The notes under the pieces are model-generated. The model was not told the origin of the DNA. It saw only the letters and a program-made list of their open reading frames with translations, and ran no database searches. This document shows positions 18,373 to 26,277 of a stretch of DNA of 64,000 nt, piece after piece; positions within the stretch are counted from its first letter, which is position 1; each line of letters begins with the position of its first letter. The position numbers and the translations under genes are program-made. The DNA lies in assembly GCA_964291305.2 (NCBI GenBank), contig OZ219784.1, positions 103,577-167,576 on the forward strand, given 5' to 3'. Source of the DNA: Acidimicrobiales bacterium. GTDB taxonomy: Bacteria; Actinomycetota; Acidimicrobiia; Acidimicrobiales; CATQHL01.

Positions 18373-20658
18373 ATGGCGTATCAGATCATCCAGTCGGAAC
18401 CGTACTGGGACTGCGTGAGTTCGCTGCGTCGAGATGATCCCTACAAGTCTCACCTGGTGGACACACTCGACGATTTGCGGCGTCAACCGTTCGGCAACCC
18501 TCGCCTAAGCACCCACGACATCGGCACGGCGCGCAACGGCCGCAAACTCTTTTCCTCCGATGTAGGTGGCCGGACAAGCGACCGGCGCGTCGTCTGGCAG
18601 ATCTTCGGCCAGACCATCGTTGTACTGCTCTACGGCAACCACAAGGTCCAGGACCGGGCCAAGCGGATGCAGATCAGCTTCGATCAGCAGCAGCAGTTGA
18701 TGCAGGTGTACGAGCAGGCACCAGACTCCGAGGCAGAGCGGCCATATCGGGAACACCGCAAGACTTCAGGAACTCTGTTCATGGCGTGGACCGACCGAGA
18801 GTTGGCTTCACTTGGCTTCCCAGAACCCACCGTGGAGCACCTGCGCCGCTTGAACAGCGAGGACGAGCTTCTAGCGCTCGAAGAGAACCTGGGCCCTCAA
18901 CTTTTTGAACTCGCTGTTGAGGTAATCACCGTCGGCCCACCGGTAAGGACTATCGGCACAGCCACCGCATTGGAAGCCCCCGAGCCGCCGGTAAGCGCCA
19001 AGCCTCCAGTGGATCGCCAGCCCGAGGCACCAACCAGCGCTGAGGCCAGCACGGCTACGGCCCCGGCAACCCCGCCCGAGGTGAGCGACGAGGACCGCGA
19101 GCTGGAGCGTCTGCTGAACGACGAGCAGGCCGGAGCGCTGTTCACTCGGTTGGAGCCGGAGTTCATGGCCGAAGTGATCGGCCGACCCATCGAGGACTGG
19201 ATGATCTTCTTGCACCCCGATCAGCGCTCCACTGCAACTCGGCGTTACCAGGGCCCAGCCCGGGTGCGCGGCCCCGCTGGTACCGGCAAGACGGTGGTGG
19301 GCCTACACCGAGCCGCCCACTTAGCCGCTCGCAGCCGCGCCGCCGAGGCTGCTGGCCCAGCGAGCGATAGTGAGCCAACCCTTCCGGTGCTTGTCACTAC
19401 CTACATCAGCTCGCTGCCGCCGGTTTTCGAGGAGTTGTACGGGCGCATGCCCGGCACCCAGTCGGGCGAAGTGGAGTTCCTCAACGTCGACAAGCTGGCC
19501 CGGCAGGTATGCAAAGAGGCAGAAGAACGAGCTTATGTCAACTCGCGCAAGGTGGATACTGCTTACGAACAGGCCTTCAAGCAAGTCGTCTTGCCCGGTA
19601 CGCCGCTGCACGGCCTTACCTCGCGGTACCTGCAAGATGAGATCACCAAGATGATCAAGGGTCGGGCCATCGAGTCTTTAGAGGATTATCTGGGGATGGA
19701 GCGCACCGGCCGCCGAATGCGGCTGGGGCGGCTGCAGCGGACCCAGGTTTGGGAGTTGATGGAGTGCTGGGACGCCGAGATGGATCGACACGGCACCATG
19801 GACTTCTGCGATGTGATCCTGCGAGCACTATGGGTAGCTCGAGAAAGCACCCGGCCGCGCTATTCGGCCGTGATCGTCGACGAGGCCCAAGATCTGACCA
19901 TGGCTGGTTTGCAGTTTCTGCGGGCGCTAGTCAACGCCCCGGATCACGACGTAGACCGCCCCGATGGGCTGTTCATCCTGGGTGACGGGGCACAGCGCAT
20001 TTATCCCGGCGGTTTCACGCTGCGCCAGGCGGGGGTAGAGGTGCGCGGCCGCACCACCGTGTTGACCGAGAACTACCGCAACACTGGCGAGATCATCAGC
20101 GCGGCGCTAGCCGTGGCGGGCGATCACCGCGTGGAGGACCTCAGCGAGGAGTTCCAGCGGGGAGACGAGACGATCACAACCAGCCGTCAGGGCCCTCGAC
20201 CGTTGCGGATCGAAGCCCAAGGCTGGGATAACCAAGCCGCGGCCATCGCTCAATGCATCCAGGACTTCATAGCCGAGGACACGAGCCTCGGTCATGGAGG
20301 TATGGCGGTGTTAGTGAGTTCCAACAACGCTGCAAACGGATTCCGCAACCGCCTGGAACAGTTGGAGTTAGCAGTGCAGCCTCTAGAGAACTACGACGGA
20401 CAGCCCAACGACAAGGTAAAGGTAGGTACCTACCACCGCGCCAAGGGGCTGGAGTTCAAAGTGGTGTTCCTCCCACAACTCGGCCGTTTCCCACCCGACC
20501 CACGCAAGGGCCAAGGCGAAGAAGAAGCAGCCGAGGACTACGACCTACACATGTCGCAGTTGTTCGTAGCCATGACCCGTGCCCGAGACCGGCTAGTGGT
20601 ACTCCACAGCCCCAACGGAAGCAAAGCAATAGACCCCGCCACCGACTACTTCGAGTAG
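18373..20658 (+). CDS. RelE/ParE-like N-terminal domain fused to an SF1 (UvrD-like) helicase
   Basis: 761 aa. Residues 1-100 are toxin-like (SDRRVVWQIFGQTIVVLLYGNHK). The helicase core has WMIFLHPDQ, Walker A GPAGTGKT (aa 300-307), VIVDEAQD, ENYRNT, YHRAKGLEFKVVF and FVAMTRARDRLVVL. Confidence 0.8.
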   Translation: MAYQIIQSEPYWDCVSSLRRDDPYKSHLVDTLDDLRRQPFGNPRLSTHDIGTARNGRKLFSSDVGGRTSDRRVVWQIFGQTIVVLLYGNHKVQDRAKRMQISFDQQQQLMQVYEQAPDSEAERPYREHRKTSGTLFMAWTDRELASLGFPEPTVEHLRRLNSEDELLALEENLGPQLFELAVEVITVGPPVRTIGTATALEAPEPPVSAKPPVDRQPEAPTSAEASTATAPATPPEVSDEDRELERLLNDEQAGALFTRLEPEFMAEVIGRPIEDWMIFLHPDQRSTATRRYQGPARVRGPAGTGKTVVGLHRAAHLAARSRAAEAAGPASDSEPTLPVLVTTYISSLPPVFEELYGRMPGTQSGEVEFLNVDKLARQVCKEAEERAYVNSRKVDTAYEQAFKQVVLPGTPLHGLTSRYLQDEITKMIKGRAIESLEDYLGMERTGRRMRLGRLQRTQVWELMECWDAEMDRHGTMDFCDVILRALWVARESTRPRYSAVIVDEAQDLTMAGLQFLRALVNAPDHDVDRPDGLFILGDGAQRIYPGGFTLRQAGVEVRGRTTVLTENYRNTGEIISAALAVAGDHRVEDLSEEFQRGDETITTSRQGPRPLRIEAQGWDNQAAAIAQCIQDFIAEDTSLGHGGMAVLVSSNNAANGFRNRLEQLELAVQPLENYDGQPNDKVKVGTYHRAKGLEFKVVFLPQLGRFPPDPRKGQGEEEAAEDYDLHMSQLFVAMTRARDRLVVLHSPNGSKAIDPATDYFE

Positions 20659-20727
20659 CCCACCGAGTAGCCCAACCTGCGATATCCCGACTGAAAAAGT
20701 GACACGCTGGCTGAGCGCGCAGACCGG

Positions 20728-22908
20728 CTACACCCAATCTCGAGGATTGTCTTTGTTTGAGGTGCTGCTGACACGACCCCTGTCATCCGAGGAATCGTCG
20801 GCCTTGTCAATCTGAAGCGAAACAGAGTCCGAGCCTTCAATGATGACCCGAACCCGGTCACCGGCACATGCTCCGAGCTGCTGCAGAGGTTCGGACACGT
20901 AGCCCAGCGAGAGACCCCCGACTGATGCGAGTGGCCAGTTCACCGAGAGCCGGCGACATCCCGGCGGCGAGGAAACCTGGACTCTGATGTTGCCATCGGG
21001 TTCGCAACCCAAGGCAGCAGCGATTTCCGGCGGGAACCCGGGAACGCTGTAGCCTTTGAAGAAGCGATCCTCAACTTCGAAGCACCAGTACGGAAAACCC
21101 GCGGCCGTGTAGCCATGCAAAACGTCGCTCAGAGGTCTCAGGACGATTGAAGAAGTGTCGGCAAGACTGACAAGGCCATCCCGGAGCACGAAACGAGGAG
21201 TCCCTACAAAGGAACGAACACTAAACTCGCTCACTCCGAACTGTCGAGGCAACTCTTCAAGGATCCTCTCAAGTCGAGTAGCCCCATTATCTTCGTGGAT
21301 CCTCTGGATGATTTCCGCTGCTATGCCTTCGTACTCATCCTCGATCCATTCGACGAGACCCCAACGCACCTTGTCCGCCCTAACAACGCTTTCAAGCACC
21401 GACAAGTGTGAAACAACTCTGCCGGGGTCTAGCCCACAAAGTTCAGCAATCTCGTCTCGCGTCGCAGGTCGTCCAATCTCAAGTAGCGCTGCCTTAGCTC
21501 GAGCCCTCCTGCTATTTCTGAGCGCAAGAAAGCCGCCGAGACGATGAAAATCGCAAAGAGACACGAGCAAGTCCCAGTACTGTTCCCAGCTTGCGCTGGG
21601 TAGATGCTCCCGAAGTGCGGATTCCTGAACTAGCCCCGCGTCATCCGCCAGATTGCGGGACTCGCGCCTCAGAACGTCAAGAACATCTAAGGCAGCTTCA
21701 TTGAGGCATAAACCCTCAAGGGGAGAAAATCCCAACCTCTCCTGAAGGAAGCAACATGCTAAGTCTTGGCTTTTTGCACTGTACTCGCCTACTACCGGAT
21801 CCGAAAAAATCGACGATATATGCTCTTCAAGTTCGTTCTCACTGAGGATTGGAGGAATCTGCTCTCGAAGCAGGGACGCCATAATCTCCAGATTCGACCC
21901 AATTTTTGACTCAAAAGAACGCGTGAGAGATTTCGTCATTTGCCTGACTCGTTCTCCTGAGAGATCGAGCATCTGGCCAAGCTCGCGATATGACACCCGA
22001 GATGGGGACATGATGCGCCTTTCAAGAGTCAGCTTCTCTTCGTGTCGCAGCCCTTCCCAGAGTTCGTCGATGGCCTTGAGCACCTGATCTGCGAGACTCT
22101 GGACTTTCACCAGGTCGGAGATACGAATCTCGTGGAACTCATCGGTCAACTCGAGTTTTGCTGCCAGGTTGCTGAGATCGATGTTGAGAGCGTCTCCCAG
22201 AGTGCGAGCCCCACAGAACTCTCCCGCTACGTTCAAGATTCTCTCCAATAGCGGGATCGCAGTTTCCCAACGCTTGTATTGCTTGGTGCGGCCTAAATCT
22301 GAGGGGAGCTGAGTTGCCAGTGCTATCTGTGTTTGATCCCAACGAACATCTTGACCGGTAAAGCTGACAGTCTGCCGGTCAGCAGCGGGGAGTGACTTGA
22401 AAAGACCGACGATCTGGGCAGCTTCAATAACGCACATCAAGTCCAACAGCGAAAGCACCCCGAAGTTTGGGAGCGCCAGGAGTTGAACGACTGTCAAAGG
22501 TTCACCCGGCTTAAGTCTCTTTTGGTTAAATCCTCGGAGGATGCAGTTCCGAGTCCGAGTTCGAAGGGGCAATTCGGACAATTGCTGGGGCGTCGAATCA
22601 GCGGGGATTACGATTTGTCCTTTGAACGAACCCGGATAGCTACTAACAGCAAGGTCGGCAAGTGCAGCTTGGGCTGCATTACTGATGGGCGTAGGACGGC
22701 GATCCCAAAATGTCATCAAGTCCCCGACGACCCCAAGGTCTGACCTGGCGGCCGGTGGAGCACCCACGGCTTGGAGGAACGCCGATGGAAGCGCGGCCGA
22801 CGAGAACGATTCAATGAAACCGCGGGGTAACAAGGGAGTTGGAGGGCTGCCCCAAGGTGCGAGCGGTGTCGCACTAACAACTTCAGGAACGCTCGCTGAG
22901 ATATTCAT
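20728..22908 (-). CDS. Large multi-HTH protein: RNAP alpha-CTD-like HhH + sigma-70 region-4-like HTH + HARE-type winged helices + C-terminal barrel-like domain; no catalytic motif seen
   Basis: 726-aa ORF, visibly lower G+C than its neighbours. aa ~108-165: LSELPLRTRTRNCILRG...LLALPNFGVLSLLDL. aa ~292-332: LTLERRIMSPSRVSYRELGQMLDLSGERVRQMTKSL. Later: ALLEIGRPATRDEIAELCG...VRWGLVEW. Confidence 0.6.
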   Translation of the reverse strand: MNISASVPEVVSATPLAPWGSPPTPLLPRGFIESFSSAALPSAFLQAVGAPPAARSDLGVVGDLMTFWDRRPTPISNAAQAALADLAVSSYPGSFKGQIVIPADSTPQQLSELPLRTRTRNCILRGFNQKRLKPGEPLTVVQLLALPNFGVLSLLDLMCVIEAAQIVGLFKSLPAADRQTVSFTGQDVRWDQTQIALATQLPSDLGRTKQYKRWETAIPLLERILNVAGEFCGARTLGDALNIDLSNLAAKLELTDEFHEIRISDLVKVQSLADQVLKAIDELWEGLRHEEKLTLERRIMSPSRVSYRELGQMLDLSGERVRQMTKSLTRSFESKIGSNLEIMASLLREQIPPILSENELEEHISSIFSDPVVGEYSAKSQDLACCFLQERLGFSPLEGLCLNEAALDVLDVLRRESRNLADDAGLVQESALREHLPSASWEQYWDLLVSLCDFHRLGGFLALRNSRRARAKAALLEIGRPATRDEIAELCGLDPGRVVSHLSVLESVVRADKVRWGLVEWIEDEYEGIAAEIIQRIHEDNGATRLERILEELPRQFGVSEFSVRSFVGTPRFVLRDGLVSLADTSSIVLRPLSDVLHGYTAAGFPYWCFEVEDRFFKGYSVPGFPPEIAAALGCEPDGNIRVQVSSPPGCRRLSVNWPLASVGGLSLGYVSEPLQQLGACAGDRVRVIIEGSDSVSLQIDKADDSSDDRGRVSSTSNKDNPRDWV

Positions 22909-23096
22909 ATCGCGGCACCTTACGCAAGGGACGGCGTCGTTGGAGGTTCGGCAAGGAACTCAACCGGGACTGAAGCGCCCATGCAACGAATTTATTCTGC
23001 CCCTGCGACAGCGACATGCATGCCGAATTCAACATTGACTTTCACTGATGTCGCCGGCGTGGTCTCTGTGACATGCGCGAGGTGAGAGCTTTTTCC

Positions 23097-23190
23097 GGTT
23101 TAGACCGAGGCATTACCCCAACCGCACCTACAAGCCGACCGGTCTAACCGCACGCCAAAGTTCTACTGGTTTAGACCGAGGCACTGCCCC
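23097..23190 (+). repeat. 23-bp direct repeat x2 (71-bp period) with an inverted partial copy between, in a divergent promoter region
   Basis: ggtttagaccgaggcaTtAcccc at 23097-23119 and ggtttagaccgaggcaCtGcccc at 23168-23190. cggtctaaccg at about 23139-23149 is a near reverse complement of cggtttagaccg. Confidence 0.85.
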
Positions 23191-23201
23191 CCCCCCCCCC
23201 C
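23187..23201 (+). repeat. Homopolymeric C15 tract upstream of the DUF1156 methylase gene
   Basis: 15 uninterrupted C counted directly. It ends 22 nt before GTG 23224 and 52 nt before GTG 23254. Confidence 0.95.
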
Positions 23202-23253
23202 GACTTCCCTCACCGGGCTGTGGGTGTCGTATTGTGTTAGTACCGTCTGGGTT

Positions 23254-26084
23254 GTGAGTGTGCGGCGGAAGTTGGTTGAGGTGGCGTTGCCGTTGGATGC
23301 GATCAACGCGGCGTCGGCTCGGGAGAAGTCGATCCGTCATGGGCATCCGTCGACTTTGCATTTGTGGTGGTCACGGAAGCCGTTGGCTGCGTGCCGGGCG
23401 GTGTTGTTCGCTTCGTTGGTGGACGACCCGTCTAGCCGCCCGGAGCGGTGGCCGACTGTTGAGGCTCAGACCGCTGAGCGCAAGCGCCTGTTCGGGATTA
23501 TTGAGCGGCTAGTCCGCTGGGATAACAGCAACAACTCGGACGTGTTGGCCGAGGCGCACGCGGAGATCGCCGAGAGCTGCGACGGCGACTTACCTACTGT
23601 GTTGGACCCTTTCGCCGGCGGAGGGTCGATTCCGTTGGAGGCTCAACGGCTGGGGTTGAAGGCGGTTGCGTCTGATTTGAACCCGGTGGCAGTGCTAATC
23701 AACAAAGCACAAATCGAAATACCACCCCGGTTCGCTAATCGCCCTCCGGTGCATCCCGACCAGGAGGGCGCCACGCAACTGCGGGTTTGGTCTGGCGCTC
23801 AGGGCCTGGCCGCCGATGTGGCCTACTACGGCCGATGGATGCGAGACGAAGCCGAACGTCGCATCGGCAGCCACTACCCCACCGCCGCCAACTCGGACGG
23901 CGAGCAGCTAACGCCTATCGCCTGGATCTGGGCGCGCACCGTGCGGTCGCCAGACCCCGCCTGGAACGGCCACGTGCCACTAGCGCGATCGTTCGTGGTG
24001 TCAAAGAAGAAGGGGCGCGAGGCTTGGGCGAAGCCGGTCGTCGATCGGGCAGCCCAACGATCAGATTCGAGATCCGGACTGGCGTATCGCTGATGCTCTT
24101 GAGGGCACGGTGACCGTGGCGGTGGCCGCTGCTTGGCCACCGGCACAGCCATGCCATTCCCCTATATCCGCCAAGAGGGTCGCGCCGGGCGTATGGGCTT
24201 ACAGCTAATGGCAATCGTGGCAGAAGGCGACCGGCAGCGTGTCTACTTGCCGCCGACAGCGGATCACGTCGAGGCGGCCCGGGTGCCGCCGCCGGAGGCC
24301 CCCCCCCCCCGCGAGGCGATTTACCGCACAATCCCCGAGATTTCAAGACTCCTAACTACGGGATGACCTCATGGGCTGACCTATTCACCCCGCGGCAGTT
24401 GGTGGCCCTAACCACGTTTTCTGACCTGCTGGGTGATGTCTCCGAAATAGTATCTAGGGATGCGGCTGCGGTGGGCATGGCCGATGATGGGTTTCGGCTG
24501 CGCGACGGCGGTTGCGGTGCTCAAGCGTATGGGGACGCGATAGTTACGTATCTGGCTTTTGTGATTGATAAGTGCGCTGATTACTGGTCTTCGATCTGCA
24601 CCTGGACTAACTCAGGGGAATTTGTTCGTAGCACGTTTGCCCGTCAGGCGATCTCGATGAACTGGGACATGGCAGAAACGAATCCATTTTCTGATTCGAC
24701 GGGGAATTGGATATCGATGGTCGATTGGGTTTCCAAAGCGGTTAGCCAATCGCCTGCCCTATTTCCTGGCGAGGCGGTTCAGCAGGGCCACCGGTTGAAT
24801 AATCCTGCACGAACGTGGCACTTCCCAACCCTAGTCCCCGGCGAGGCGGCCCAGCAGGACGCCCAGTCCGCCGTCAAAGAGCACGAGAAAGTTCTCATTT
24901 CCACTGATCCGCCGTATTACGACAACATCGTGTACGCCGATTTGTCAGATTTCTTCTACGTGTGGCTGCGACGCAACCTCGCCGACGTTTGGCCGGAAGA
25001 ATGCTCGACGCTACTAGTGCCGAAAGCAGACGAACTAGTGGCAACGCCTTATCGGTTCGACGGCGACAAACGGCGAGCTGAAGAGTTCTTCGAGTCAGGG
25101 CTGAATCGTGTGTTCAGCGGTTTGGGGGAGGTGCAAGATGAGCGATTCCCGTTCACCGTCTACTACGCCTTCAAACAAGCGGAGACCACTAAGGGGGGCG
25201 TAGCGTCTACGGGCTGGGAGACGATGCTGCAGAGCCTGGTCGACGCCGGGTTCGTAATCAACGGCACCTGGCCGCTTCGAACAGAGCGGTCAAGTCGCCC
25301 TATCGCTGTCGGGGCGAACGCGCTGGCGTCTTCGATTGTGCTGGCCTGCCGGCGGCGGCCCGAGTCCGCCCCACTCGCTTCTCGGCGGGAGTTCCTGGGT
25401 GCTCTCAAAGCCGAACTGCCCGAGGCATTGCGCTTGCTGCGCCAGGGAGGCATCGCACCGGTGGATATGGCCCAAGCGGCTATCGGGCCGGGCATGGCAG
25501 TGTTCTCCCGCTACGAGCAGGTCATGGAAGCCAACGGCGAAACCATGAGAGTCCGCACCGCACTAGAACTGATCAACGAAACCCTCGACGAAGTCACACG
25601 AGAGATAGACGCCGACTTCGACTACGACACCCGCTGGGCGGTCAGCTGGTTCAGCGAATACGGCTTCGAAGAAGGCGAATACGGCCGCGCCGAGCTGCTG
25701 TCTAAGTCTCGCAACACCTCGGTAGCCGGTCTCGTAGAAGCAGGCATCGCCCAAGCCGGCGCCGGCCGGGTGCGCTTACTCCGCCTCGACGAACTAGACC
25801 TGGAATGGGACCCAGCAACCGACGACCGGTTCACCGTCTGGGAAATCACCCACCACCTCATCCGCCGCATCCACGACCTGGGCGAACAATCAGCCGCAAC
25901 CCTGCTGCGCGCGGTGGGAGGCCACGGCGACTCGGCCAAAGAACTCGCCTACCGCCTCTACCTAATCTGCGAACGCAAAAACTGGGCCGCCGAAGCGCTC
26001 GGCTACAACAGCCTCGTCACCTCCTGGGCCGAACTAACCAAACTCGCCACCCAAACCCCCACCACCGCCCCCACACTCCTATAA
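23254..26084 (+). pseudogene. DUF1156 / COG1743-type adenine-specific DNA methylase, disrupted (in-frame stops, at least 4 frame changes)
   Basis: N-terminus [55 protein letters not shown], motif [21 protein letters not shown], motif IV ISTDPPYYDNIVYADLSDFFYVWLRRN. The coding path jumps frames: 1 (to ~24050), 0 (TIRFEIRTG), 2 (DALEGTV), 1 (RGGGRCLATGTAMPFPYIRQEGRAGRMGLQLMAIV), then 0 after the C12 tract (DFKTPNYGMTSWADLFTPRQL). The track splits it into 23224..24093, 24133..24366 and 24363..26084. Confidence 0.75.
24299..24310 (+). repeat. Homopolymeric C12 tract inside the DUF1156 methylase reading frame
   Basis: 12 uninterrupted C, encoding the poly-Pro run. The reading frame changes exactly here. 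Confidence 0.95.
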
Positions 26085-26257
26085 GCGCACCCTCCTGGTT
26101 CACACCTTCGAGGCTGCGCCTGTGGTCCTCCAGTGTGGCTGTGGGGCGATCGCTGCTATAAATCCGCCTGATTCATACCTATCCAGGCGACGTGATGCGC
26201 TCGGAGCACGCGTCTGTCGCTGTTGCTATAAACCCGCCTGATTCACACCTATCCAGG
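26079..26257 (+). repeat. Three-unit degenerate tandem repeat (70-73 bp period) overlapping the methylase stop codon
   Basis: gctgctataaatccgcctgattcatacctatccagg at 26152-26187 and gttgctataaacccgcctgattcacacctatccagg at 26222-26257 (3 mismatches). A degenerate copy ctataagcgcaccctcctggttcacaccttcgagg lies at 26079-26113. Confidence 0.8.
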
Positions 26258-26277
26258 GGCTGTTTCTTGGCAGCGCG

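Noticed and set aside
23787-24366. ORFs 23787..24113 and 24133..24366 as independent genes
   Set aside because: Their translations (TIRFEIRTG; PFPYIRQEGRAGRMGLQLMAIV) are consecutive conserved segments of the DUF1156 methylase. They are therefore fragments of one disrupted gene.
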